Assembly (NCBI GenBank): GCA_964482135.1
Contig: CAYZWF010000005.1
Location: 4,025 to 68,024, forward strand
DNA length: 64,000 nt
Direction of reading: 5' to 3'
Source of the DNA: an uncultured Rhodospirillaceae bacterium
GTDB taxonomy: Bacteria; Pseudomonadota; Alphaproteobacteria; UBA11136
The position numbers and the translations under genes were made by a program. This document shows, in pieces, positions 1-8,831 of this stretch. The notes under the pieces were generated by a model. The model saw only the letters and a program-made list of their open reading frames with translations, did no database searches and was not told the origin of the DNA. Numbering within the stretch: position 1 is the stretch's first letter; each line of letters begins with the position of its first letter.

Positions 1-84
1 ATACGACAGATCGAAGCCAAGGCCCTGCGCAAGCTCAAGCATCCCTCGCGCTCGCGCAAACTGAGAAGCTTTCTCGATACCTAA
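1..84 (+). CDS. rpoD: RNA polymerase sigma-70 RpoD, C-terminal end (partial)
   Basis: Frame 1 reads IRQIEAKALRKLKHPSRSRKLRSFLDT*, the canonical RpoD region 4.2 tail. Confidence 0.95.
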   Translation: MRQIEAKALRKLKHPSRSRKLRSFLDT

Positions 85-121
85 AGACTTTGGAATTTAG
101 GAAAACGCGTTTAAGGCTCAG

Positions 122-161
122 GGCCGGGGATCACAGACAGGATTTCCGGCCTTTTGCTTTT
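122..161 (+). terminator. Intrinsic terminator after rpoD
   Basis: GGCCGGGGATC-N8-GATTTCCGGCC stem followed by TTTTGCTTTT. Confidence 0.7.
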
Positions 162-226
162 ATGGGAGTATGAATAAACGCCGCCTCTTACGCCCGTTGG
201 GGGCGGCGAGTGAAAGGAAAAAATAC

Positions 227-303
227 GGGCCCGTAGTTCAGTTGGTTAGAACGCGCCGCTCATAACGGTGTTGTCGCAGGTTCGAGTCCTGCCGGGCCCA
301 CCA
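227..303 (+). tRNA. ileX: tRNA-Ile2 (anticodon CAT, lysidine type)
   Basis: Cloverleaf GGGCCCG...CGGGCCC-ACCA, anticodon arm CGCCG-CTCATAA-CGGTG, TTCGAGT T-loop. Position after rpoD matches ileX; Met(CAT) is less likely. Confidence 0.85.
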
Positions 304-364
304 TTTTTTTCGCCGCACCTGCCCCGCAAAGGGGGCCGCCCCCCAAAATCAAGCCGCGAAGAAA

Positions 365-715
365 TCAAAGCTTATTAATCACGCTCTTTGCAACGTCCTC
401 CACCTCGACACTGGCCTTGTCTATATCCTTCGCGGCGGTATCTATGCCTGAACCTATGTCATACTCGACTGAACTTATGTCATCCCCGATGGAACTTTTT
501 CCTCCGGCAACGGCGTCCAGCTGTTCGTCGCTCAGCTCCTGTTTCGCCGTCTTATGCATATGGGACTTGGCCTCCTCCAGGGTAAAATCATAGCCCTTGG
601 CGGCGGCCCTCTCGACGATGGCGGCAAAGCTCTCCATATCGGCCATAACCTCGCCGCGCAGGGCCTCGTCGTTTTTCATATCGTCGAGAAAACGATGGAT
701 TTCCGGTTCACTCAT
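365..715 (-). CDS. Nif11-like leader peptide RiPP precursor (116 aa)
   Basis: From ATG 715: MSEPEIHRFLDDMKNDEALR...AAAKGYDFTLEE...ELSDEQLDAVAGG (Nif11 leader plus double-Gly motif), then a 44-aa core. Confidence 0.8.
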   Translation of the reverse strand: MSEPEIHRFLDDMKNDEALRGEVMADMESFAAIVERAAAKGYDFTLEEAKSHMHKTAKQELSDEQLDAVAGGKSSIGDDISSVEYDIGSGIDTAAKDIDKASVEVEDVAKSVINKL

Positions 716-1113
716 GGGTAACTGATCATACAAATCTGAATAGGTTGCACGGAGCATCTCAATCGGACGCAGATGCAATGCGCCCCAAAGTCGATGTTGT
801 GAAAAGACATATCACCGATATGGGTCTAGGTTGTCGCGTATATGCGGTCAATGCCTGGGTTGGGGAAAAGTGTTGTAGAGATGTTCTGAAAAGCTGCGAT
901 ATCATCTTTGGCTGCACTGATGACAATGATGGCCGGCTTTTACTGAACAGGGTGGCCTATTATTACCTAATCCCTATTTTTGATCTTGGTCTGGCCATAG
1001 ATGTCAGCACGGATGTCCCACCACATGTTCTTTGTCTAGATGGGCGTGTTACTTACATCTACCCAGAAAAGACATGTCTTATGTGTCGGGAGATCATTGA
1101 TATGAATGCGGCT
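716..1113 (+). pseudogene. ThiF/E1-like adenylyltransferase fragment, truncated at both ends
   Basis: Frame reads TDHTNLNRLHGA...RPKVDV...CDIIFGCTDDNDGRLLLNR...IPIFDLG...CLMC. No start or Rossmann N-terminus; beyond about 1113 the ORF is only antisense to the GFA gene. Confidence 0.7.
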
Positions 1114-1452
1114 ACCGTCGAAGGGGATCACCTCGCCAGTAAACGTGTCCAGATCGAAACCGTCCACACAGCGCATGTTGAGCGACACCTGATCGGGGGC
1201 CGAACGCGGGTTGGAATACACATGAATGCCGCAATGGCGGCAGAACCAGTGCTTGGCCGTATGGGTGCCGAATTGATAGAGCGCCAGATCGTCTTTACCA
1301 GACTCGAGGGTGAAATCCCCAGGCGCCACCTGATGGTGGACCATGCCCTTCTTGGCGCAGAGCGAACAATTGCATAAGACCACTTGTCCCAGCTCCGTGC
1401 GCGCGGAAAACCGCACCGCCCCGCAATGACAGCCGCCGCTGATGGTTTTCAT
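1036..1452 (-). CDS. GFA (CENP-V) family protein, C-terminus probably replaced at the junction near 1113
   Basis: GGCHCGAVRF, CNCSLC, FCRHCG Zn motifs; GGAGG RBS before ATG 1452; tail after PFDG runs through ThiF antisense sequence. Confidence 0.85.
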   Translation of the reverse strand: MKTISGGCHCGAVRFSARTELGQVVLCNCSLCAKKGMVHHQVAPGDFTLESGKDDLALYQFGTHTAKHWFCRHCGIHVYSNPRSAPDQVSLNMRCVDGFDLDTFTGEVIPFDGSRIHINDLPTHKTCLFWVDVSNTPI

Positions 1453-1574
1453 GTGATACACCTCCCTTTTTGCGAGGCCGCAGTTTCTGATATGCCTTGG
1501 CCCAGACCCTATAATATCCCCTTGACGCCTTCACACAGCCACCACGACCTGAAAAGTTACTGAAAGCCACCGCC

Positions 1575-2258
1575 ATGCAGAGTTTCGACGCCATCTACAA
1601 CATCGCCGCAGAGCGCCAGGGCGGGGCGGACGCCCTGGAACAGCGCCTGTCCGCCACCAAAGGCCCCGCTCAACTAGCCGCCATCCCCGATGACCGCTGG
1701 CTCGCCCAGATGACCAAATGCATCTTCCAGGCCGGCTTCAAATGGAAGGTGGTGGAGTATAAATGGCCCGGCTTCGAGGAGGCCTTCGAGGGTTTCATCC
1801 CGGCGCGCTGGGCAGGCGTCCCCGATCACGAGCTCGACGCGCTGTGCTCCGATACCCGCATCATCCGCAACGGCAAGAAAATCTTCGCCCTGCGCCACAA
1901 CGCCGCCTTTCTTTGCGAGTTGGCCGCCGAACACGGCAGCGCCGGCGCCTTCTTCGCCAACTGGCCGGATGAGGATTTCGCCGGATTGCTGGAGGTGCTG
2001 GGGAAGCGCGCCAGCCGCATGGGCGGCAAGACCTCGCAGTATTTCCTGCGCTTCATGGGCAAGGATTCCTTCGTCCTCTCCGCCGACGTGATCGCCGCCC
2101 TGATGCGCGAAGGCGTGGTGGACAAGCCACCCAGCGGCAAACGCGCCCTAGCCGCCGTCCAGGCCGCCTTCAACCAATGGCGCGAAGAAAGCGGGCGCTC
2201 CATGGCCCATATCAGCCAGGTGCTGGCCTGTGGCATCGACGCCCCGCCACAGACGTAA
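1575..2258 (+). CDS. DNA-3-methyladenine glycosylase I family protein
   Basis: DDRWL..MTKCIFQAGFKWKVV..KWPGFEEAF and RIIRN motifs of the Tag family. Confidence 0.8.
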   Translation: MQSFDAIYNIAAERQGGADALEQRLSATKGPAQLAAIPDDRWLAQMTKCIFQAGFKWKVVEYKWPGFEEAFEGFIPARWAGVPDHELDALCSDTRIIRNGKKIFALRHNAAFLCELAAEHGSAGAFFANWPDEDFAGLLEVLGKRASRMGGKTSQYFLRFMGKDSFVLSADVIAALMREGVVDKPPSGKRALAAVQAAFNQWREESGRSMAHISQVLACGIDAPPQT

Positions 2259-2413
2259 AAGGCGCCCGAAATGACCCCTGCGACATCGTGCCACAGTCAT
2301 TTTCGGTCACTTACAACCAATTATTGTTTCTGTTCAGGCCCCGTTCATGTATTTAGACTTATTCTAAAAATATCATCCATCACATTGATATAAATAGATA
2401 GTAGGTAATCACC

Positions 2414-2956
2414 ATGACACAACAGAGAGTTCCCGAGACCACCTTCAAGACCCGGGTGCGCAACGACGCCCTCGAGGGCGACAATCCCTTCGAGTGGAAA
2501 GACCTCACCAGTGCCGACATCTTCGCCGGCAAGAAGGTGGTGGTGTTTTCCCTGCCCGGCGCCTTCACCCCCACCTGTTCCACCTCCCACCTGCCGCGCT
2601 ACGAAGAACTGCACGAAAAGTTTAAGGCCTTGGGCGTGGACCAGGTGATCTGTCTTTCGGTCAATGACGCCTTCGTCATGTTCCAATGGGGCAAGGCCCA
2701 GGGCGCGGAAAACGTGTTCCTGCTGCCCGACGGCAACGGCGAATTCACACGCAAGATGGGTATGCTGGTGGACAAGTCCAATCTCGGCTTCGGCATGCGC
2801 TCCTGGCGTTATTCCATGGTGGTCAATGACGGCGAGATCGAGAAGATGTTCACGGAACCCGGCTACATGGACAACTGCCCCGAAGATCCCTTCGAGGTCT
2901 CCGACGCCGACACCATGCTGGCCTATCTCGAGGGAGCGGCCAAAGCCGCGGCTTAA
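2414..2956 (+). CDS. Peroxiredoxin (Prx5/PGdx-like)
   Basis: PGAFTPTCS active site, [20 protein letters not shown]. Confidence 0.92.
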   Translation: MTQQRVPETTFKTRVRNDALEGDNPFEWKDLTSADIFAGKKVVVFSLPGAFTPTCSTSHLPRYEELHEKFKALGVDQVICLSVNDAFVMFQWGKAQGAENVFLLPDGNGEFTRKMGMLVDKSNLGFGMRSWRYSMVVNDGEIEKMFTEPGYMDNCPEDPFEVSDADTMLAYLEGAAKAAA

Positions 2957-3026
2957 TCCACCCCCCCAAACCGCCGTTTTCAGCCGATGCTCCCGTCCCC
3001 GTGGCTACCCTGCGGGGATGGGATGC

Positions 3027-3056
3027 AAAAAAAGCCCCTGATGGGGCTTCTTTTTT
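3027..3056. terminator. Bidirectional intrinsic terminator between peroxiredoxin and tRNA-Gln
   Basis: A-run-AAGCCCC-TGAT-GGGGCTT-T-run. Confidence 0.75.
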
Positions 3057-3083
3057 GGGCTATCGAAATTGGCTTTTTAAATT

Positions 3084-3158
3084 TGGCTGGGGCGGCAGGA
3101 TTCGAACCTGCGAATGGCGGCATCAAAAGCCGCTGCCTTACCACTTGGCGACGCCCCA
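3084..3158 (-). tRNA. tRNA-Gln (TTG)
   Basis: Reverse complement TGGGGCGTCGCCAAGTGGTAAGGCAGCGGCTTTTGATGCCGCCATTCGCAGGTTCGAATCCTGCCGCCCCAGCCA. Confidence 0.95.
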
Positions 3159-3271
3159 ACACAGCGCGGGCGGCCACGATGAACGGACCGCAAACTGACC
3201 ACGACAGTTTCTGGAAAATACGGGGTTTGACGGGGCCGTGCAAGCGCACCCCACGGGTCTTCGGCCCGCCT

Positions 3272-4093
3272 CTAGGCCAGGATGTCCACCAGCCGGTTGC
3301 TGTTGACCAGGAACAGGTTCTGGGCGGCCTTGGCGAGGTGGATGTTGATATCCACCGTGTTGGGCACCTGAACCGCCACCCGTTTGACCTGGGACTCGTT
3401 GGCTTCTACTTCTTCGGCGCGGGCAAGCTGGCGGGCGGCGTAGGTCAGCCTTGTGGCCGTTATGTCCACCGTGGCCTGGCGCACATCGAGATTACCCTGG
3501 GCGGTGGTGATCAGGGTCGTGGCGGCGGCGGCATTGGCCTGGGTGGTGAGATCGGCGCTGTCGAGCCCCGTCTCCAGACCACCGCTCAGCACCGAGACCA
3601 GGCTGATGGAAACGGTGTCGCCCGCCGTGCCGCCGGTGCCGATGCTGAAATCGAAAGTCTTATTGGTATTGAGAATGGCGGTATTGTGAAACTCGGTGTC
3701 GTTGGCGATGGCGTCGATGTCGTCCCTTGTGTTGGAAAACTGCTGGTTGAGAATCGCCCGATCCACCGTGGACACATCCGAATCATCGGCCGAATCGGCC
3801 AAACTTTCCAAAGCGGCGAGCAAGGCGTCGATACGCGTATAGGCGTCACGCACCGTCTGCAGCAGGGCCAGGGCCGAAATGGCGTTATTGGCCGCCTCGC
3901 GGCTGATCTTGGCGGCGTTGCGGAAGTCGGAATTAATGAAGTTGGTGGGCGAGGACTCCAGCGTGGAGACGTCCGCCTCCGACGAGGTGGTTGTGGTCGC
4001 GGTCCCGCGGCTAATAGCCAGCGTCAGATCCGGCAGCGCGTTTGCGTACAACGCAGCGATATTGCTCATGCCAAAAACTCTCGACAGAGCCAT
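3272..4093 (-). CDS. Divergent flagellin-like protein
   Basis: NAISALALLQTV...IDALL...DRAILNQQF..IDAIANDTEFHNTAIL and FSIGT/DTVSI match the flagellin D1 pattern; termini are atypical. Confidence 0.65.
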   Translation of the reverse strand: MALSRVFGMSNIAALYANALPDLTLAISRGTATTTTSSEADVSTLESSPTNFINSDFRNAAKISREAANNAISALALLQTVRDAYTRIDALLAALESLADSADDSDVSTVDRAILNQQFSNTRDDIDAIANDTEFHNTAILNTNKTFDFSIGTGGTAGDTVSISLVSVLSGGLETGLDSADLTTQANAAAATTLITTAQGNLDVRQATVDITATRLTYAARQLARAEEVEANESQVKRVAVQVPNTVDINIHLAKAAQNLFLVNSNRLVDILA

Positions 4094-4288
4094 CCTCGCA
4101 ACGAGTCAACTGAAGCTACTAAGCCGTCCTGGCTAGGGAGCCGTCCCCGAAGGAACTGGGCGAATGGGTCCGGAACGAATACCGGCCCCCGGGCGTTAGA
4201 GGCAGTTTGATAAGCCTAGAAACTAAAGACACTTCGCCCCAACGCGGAGCGAGTATATCACAAATCCCAATCTCAAGAAAGTATTCGG

Positions 4289-4301
4289 AATCAATGATTT
4301 A
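4289..4301 (+). promoter_or_regulatory. IHF consensus site in AT-rich intergenic region upstream of the flagellin-like gene
   Basis: AATCAA-TGAT-TTA = WATCAANNNNTTR. Confidence 0.4.
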
Positions 4302-4437
4302 ACAGTATTTAAGTAAAATTAAATATAAATTTTAATAAATTACAGTATTCATCACGAATAGCCGCAGAAGCGGGCCTCGGCCAAAAGAACCGGCGGCGCT
4401 CGCGGGCTTGTTTTTTTAGAGAGGTGCGTTGTGGGGA

Positions 4438-5406
4438 TTACGTGGCTGAAGTGCCCGCTACATTATCCCGGTACCAGGCATAGGCCCGGCGCAGCCCTTC
4501 CTCTAGGTCCGTCTGCGCGCGCCAGCCGAGATCGGAAAGGCGGCTTACATCGAGCAGCTTACGCGGCGCGCCGTCGGGTTTGTCGGTGACGAAATCAAAA
4601 CGGCCTTCGAAACCGATGACGCGGGCCACCAGGGCCGCCAGATCGGCGATGGTCACATCCACGCCGGTGCCCACATTAATGTGACTCTCTTGCGAATAGG
4701 ACTTCATGAGAAAGACCAGGGCGTCGGCCAGATCCTCCACATAAAGAAGCTCGCGCTTGGGTTTGCCGGTACCCCAGACCTCCACCGATTCGGCCCCGCT
4801 TTCCCGTGCCGCATGGGTTTTGGCGATGAGGGCAGGCACCACGTGGCTAGCCTCGAGGTCGTAATTATCGTGGGGGCCGTAAAGATTGGTGGGCATGGCG
4901 GAGATAAAGTCACAGCCGTACTGGCGGCGATAAGCCTGGCACAGCTTGATGCCGGAAATCTTGGCCAGCGCGTACCACTGGTTTGTGGGCTCCAGGCCGC
5001 CACTCAGAAGCGCCTCCTCGGTCATGGGCTGGGGCGCCAGCCGGGGATAGATACAGGACGAGCCGAGATAAAGAAGCTTGGCCTGGCAGTGGCGCCAGAC
5101 CCCGTTCACCACATTAGCCACCATCATGATGTTGTCGTAGATGAATTCCGCCGGGCGGGTGTCATTGGCGTGGATACCGCCCACGGTGCCGGCGGCCAGA
5201 AACACGGCCTCGGGCTTGTTGGCGGCAAGCCAGTCACCCACCTGGGCCTGGTTGCGCAGGTCCACCTCGGCATGGGGCACCGTCAGGATGGTACAATTTT
5301 CGCGCTCAAGGCGCGACACGATGGCCGTGCCCACCATGCCCCTGTGGCCGGCCACCCAAACCTTGCGGCCCTCGAGCCGGAACGGCAGTTCAGTCGATGA
5401 GGGCAT
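4438..5406 (-). CDS. fcl: GDP-L-fucose synthase
   Basis: [40 protein letters not shown] motifs. Confidence 0.95.
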   Translation of the reverse strand: MPSSTELPFRLEGRKVWVAGHRGMVGTAIVSRLERENCTILTVPHAEVDLRNQAQVGDWLAANKPEAVFLAAGTVGGIHANDTRPAEFIYDNIMMVANVVNGVWRHCQAKLLYLGSSCIYPRLAPQPMTEEALLSGGLEPTNQWYALAKISGIKLCQAYRRQYGCDFISAMPTNLYGPHDNYDLEASHVVPALIAKTHAARESGAESVEVWGTGKPKRELLYVEDLADALVFLMKSYSQESHINVGTGVDVTIADLAALVARVIGFEGRFDFVTDKPDGAPRKLLDVSRLSDLGWRAQTDLEEGLRRAYAWYRDNVAGTSAT

Positions 5407-6457
5407 TGCGCTTGCGCTCGTTCTTCACCGTCACAAGATCGGCTTCCACCATGTCGCGCACCAGTTCGGAGAAACTGGTGCGGTGCTCCCACCCCAGCAC
5501 TTCCTTGGCCTTGGAAGGATCGCCGCGCAGGTTGTCCACTTCGGTGGGGCGGAAATAGCGGGGGTCGATACGCACCAGCACCTCGCCGGTTTCGCTGTCC
5601 GTGCCCTGTTCCTCCACCCCTTTGCCCGACCAGGCAAGGGTGCGGCCCATATGCCCGAAGGCGAGCTCCACGAACTCGCGCACTGAATGGCTTTCGCCGG
5701 TGGCCAGCACGAAATCTTCCGGTTTGTCATGCTGGACGATACGCCACATGCCTTCCACATAATCGCGGGCGTGCCCCCAGTCGCGGACGGCATCGAGATT
5801 ACCCAGATGCAGCGCCGATTGCAGGCCCAGCTTGATGGCGGCCACGGCGCGCGTGATCTTGCGGGTGACAAAGGTTTCGCCGCGTGTGGGCCCCTCATGA
5901 TTAAAGAGAATGCCGTTGGAGGCGTGGAGGCCATAGGCCTCGCGGTAATTCACCGTAACCCAGTAGGCGTAAAGTTTGGCCGCGGCATAGGGACTGCGCG
6001 GCGCGAAGGGAGAGGTCTCGTTCTGGGGCGGCGGGGTGTTGCCGTAGAGCTCGGAAGTGGAGGCCTGATAGAAGCGCACCGTATCTTCCAGCCCCAGGAT
6101 GCGGACGGCCTCCAAGAGGCGCAGGGCGCCAAGACCGTCGGCATTAGCCGTGTATTCCGGGGTTTCGAAACTGACCTGGACGTGACTCTGCGCCGCCAGA
6201 TTATAAATTTCCGTGGGCCGGGTTTCCTGCACCAGGCGGATCAGATTGGTGGCGTCGGTCATGTCGCCGTAATGCATGAAGAAGCGCACGCCCTCTTCAT
6301 GGGGATCATGATAGAGGTGATCCACCCGCGCCGTATTAAAGGAAGACGAGCGCCGCTTTACGCCATGAACCACATAGCCTTTGTCGAGGAGAAGCTCGGC
6401 GAGATACGCCCCGTCCTGCCCGGTGACGCCAGTGATCAACGCAACCTTGTCCGCCAT
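5390..6457 (-). CDS. gmd: GDP-mannose 4,6-dehydratase
   Basis: [44 protein letters not shown]; start taken at MADKV (6457). Confidence 0.97.
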   Translation of the reverse strand: MADKVALITGVTGQDGAYLAELLLDKGYVVHGVKRRSSSFNTARVDHLYHDPHEEGVRFFMHYGDMTDATNLIRLVQETRPTEIYNLAAQSHVQVSFETPEYTANADGLGALRLLEAVRILGLEDTVRFYQASTSELYGNTPPPQNETSPFAPRSPYAAAKLYAYWVTVNYREAYGLHASNGILFNHEGPTRGETFVTRKITRAVAAIKLGLQSALHLGNLDAVRDWGHARDYVEGMWRIVQHDKPEDFVLATGESHSVREFVELAFGHMGRTLAWSGKGVEEQGTDSETGEVLVRIDPRYFRPTEVDNLRGDPSKAKEVLGWEHRTSFSELVRDMVEADLVTVKNERKRNALID

Positions 6458-6859
6458 AGTTTCCGCACCTTCCCCAGATATCCTTAAAATGATCCCGGAA
6501 CAAAGCGAAACGACCCGCCACACCGGTCACGGTGATTCATGTCACATCCCACCACAGCCAAGCTAGCCCATTTCTCCCCGGGGAAAAAGAGCCTCGAAAC
6601 GGTGCCGGATTTGCCCCAAAACGGCGCGCAGGTCATACTTGGTATGACAATTGCCCCTCCAAGATAAAAGAAGAAGCCTTGCCGCCCCCCGGGGCGGTAT
6701 CATTATAAACCTGATTTACACAATGATGGCAGTTGGTTACCATCGGATAAGGTAAATTCACGGAGCCCGGCGGACTGCTAAAGAGGCGGTTTCCATCGAG
6801 CCGCGGTTCGGTCATACTACCGGCTCTGGACTCGGCACACGGGGAGAGATGAAGAAGCC

Positions 6860-7810
6860 ATGAGTCAGAATTCCCCCTGGAGCGTTAAAAGCGTGACGCA
6901 GGAGGCCCGTGACGCGGCGAAACAGGCCGCCCGCAGGGCCGGGTTGACCATTGGCGAGTGGCTGTCACAAACCATTACCACTGCTGCTGAAAACGAAGTG
7001 CGGGAAAATGCCCTTCCCGACGCCGGTGATGGCGAGGGCGGCGCGGTGGCCCCGGAAAGCGGGTCCGCATCGCTGCCGTCGGCCCCGCTGCCGGCGGGAA
7101 TCGCCGGTGAAATTCAGGAACTCAGGGACGGCTATGTGGATCTCGAGGAACGTATTTACGATACGTTGGAGCCGCTCATGCAGCGGGTGCGGCGGCTCAG
7201 TGCGCAAATGACGGAACTGCAATACGCCTCGGGAAGGATGGAGGAATTATCCTCGATTCAGGACAAGGTCCGCGACCTGCAACGCCTCTCCCGGGAGGTA
7301 GACGGCATTCCCTTGCTTCAGGAACAGGTACGCGAGTTACAGAGAAACCCGTATGATCCGGGCGCCCTCCGCCACCTCCAGGATCAGATCAGGGATATTG
7401 AACGCCGCGCCCAGGACAACAGCGATCTGCGCAAACTTCAGGACCAGATTCGTGAAGTCCGGCAACAGGCGCAGAGCGGAGGCAACACCCAGGACATCGA
7501 GAATCAGCTCTATGCGCTCACCAAGCGGGTGGAAAACATGGGCAGTGGCGGCGGTGGCGGCGATTCCCCCGAACAGTACGAGGAACTGTCCGATATGGTC
7601 GAGCAGATCAAACAGGCCTCGCAGCATCAAATCACGGAACAGACAGAAAAACTCAACAGTCTCAGCCGCGAAATCGAACAGATCCGAAGCGAGGCCGGCT
7701 CATCGGCGGCCACCACCGGCCCCATGGAACGGGCGCTGTCGCGTCTCGCCGAGCGGGTACAGAAGCTGGAAGAGGGACAGCCCGAAAGCAAGGGCGGCCT
7801 GTTCGGCTGA
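6860..7810 (+). CDS. Coiled-coil protein with PodJ-like N-terminal motif
   Basis: PWSVKSVTQEARDAAKQAARRAGLTIGEWL resembles the PodJ N-terminus; strong RBS GGGGAG; five 20-aa repeats. Confidence 0.7.
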   Translation: MSQNSPWSVKSVTQEARDAAKQAARRAGLTIGEWLSQTITTAAENEVRENALPDAGDGEGGAVAPESGSASLPSAPLPAGIAGEIQELRDGYVDLEERIYDTLEPLMQRVRRLSAQMTELQYASGRMEELSSIQDKVRDLQRLSREVDGIPLLQEQVRELQRNPYDPGALRHLQDQIRDIERRAQDNSDLRKLQDQIREVRQQAQSGGNTQDIENQLYALTKRVENMGSGGGGGDSPEQYEELSDMVEQIKQASQHQITEQTEKLNSLSREIEQIRSEAGSSAATTGPMERALSRLAERVQKLEEGQPESKGGLFG

Positions 7811-7853
7811 TCCTGCCAGGCTGGGCCAGGCCCAAAATCGCATCAAGACCCCG

Positions 7854-8813
7854 TCAGGATCCGGCTGCAATTTCCCCATCAAACGTAACCTCGGCGCTGT
7901 CGGCGGCGAGGCGCGTGGCCACCACCCACCAGAGAGGCATCGCTTCGGAGATTACAGCGGCGGCCTGACGGGCATCCTTTTCCCCACCGAACAAACCGAA
8001 ACAGGTGGCACCGCTTCCCGACATGCGCGCCAGCAGGCACCCCCCGGAGGCCTCCAGGGCGCCCAGCACGTCACCTACTTCCGGCGCCAGGGAAACCGCC
8101 GCTTGCGTCAGGTCGTTATGTCGTTCCTTCAACAGAGCAACCAGTTCCGAGGCCTTGCGGGGCCTGTCCTTGAAACGGCTTGATTGGGAAAAAGCTCCCT
8201 CGCGCGCGGCAAACACCGCCGGGGTCGAAAGCGCAACCATGGGGTTGACCAGCACCGCCCAGACCCCAGACGCGCCGGGGGAAATAATTGCCGCCGGTTC
8301 GAGCGACTCCCCGATGCCACCGACGAATCCCGCCTGTCCCGCCAGGCAGAAAGGTACGTCGGCGCCAAGCTCCAACGCCAGGGCGGCCATATCTTCCGGT
8401 GGCGGGGACAGCCGCCAAAGATCACAGAGAGCGCGTAGCGTGGCCGCCGCATCGGCCGACCCGCCGCCTATTCCGGAAGCCACCGGCAGGTTTTTGACGA
8501 GCCGGATACGAGCCCCTTCCGTGATGCCGCAAGCACCCGCCAGGCCGCGCGCCGCGCGCAGCACCAGATTGTCCCCGCCGGCCTCCAGACCCCTGGCAAA
8601 GGGGCCTTCCACCGTCAGAGACAGATTCTCCGCGGGCTCTACGCAAATGCCGTCACCCACATGGACAAAAGTCATCAGGGTGTCGAGAAGGTGATAGCCA
8701 TCCTCGCGGCGGCCCAGCACATGTAAATAGAGATTGAGCTTCGCCGGCGCGGCAACCCACCGCACCCGTGCGCCGTGACTGGTATCCGCCCCGGAATTTT
8801 CACCATTCTTCAT
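7854..8813 (-). CDS. ispE: 4-diphosphocytidyl-2-C-methyl-D-erythritol kinase
   Basis: APAKLNLYLHV, KNLPVASGIGGGSADAAA, LGADVPFC, RMSGSGATCF. Confidence 0.95.
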   Translation of the reverse strand: MKNGENSGADTSHGARVRWVAAPAKLNLYLHVLGRREDGYHLLDTLMTFVHVGDGICVEPAENLSLTVEGPFARGLEAGGDNLVLRAARGLAGACGITEGARIRLVKNLPVASGIGGGSADAAATLRALCDLWRLSPPPEDMAALALELGADVPFCLAGQAGFVGGIGESLEPAAIISPGASGVWAVLVNPMVALSTPAVFAAREGAFSQSSRFKDRPRKASELVALLKERHNDLTQAAVSLAPEVGDVLGALEASGGCLLARMSGSGATCFGLFGGEKDARQAAAVISEAMPLWWVVATRLAADSAEVTFDGEIAAGS

Positions 8814-8831
8814 ATGGAGAATACCATGGGA

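Noticed and set aside
745-1377. 210-aa ORF as an intact ThiF protein
   Set aside because: Only about the first 120 codons are ThiF-like; the remainder is the antisense of the GFA gene
227-1600. Complete prophage or integrative element at tRNA-Ile2
   Set aside because: No integrase and no repeat of the tRNA 3' end (attR) seen; only remnants can be supported
2987-4210. 407-aa plus-strand ORF
   Set aside because: Runs across tRNA-Gln and antisense to the flagellin-like gene; shadow ORF of GC-rich DNA
4299-4335. CtrA boxes upstream of the flagellin-like gene
   Set aside because: TTAA pairs are spaced by 6 or 9 nt, not the 7 nt of TTAA-N7-TTAA
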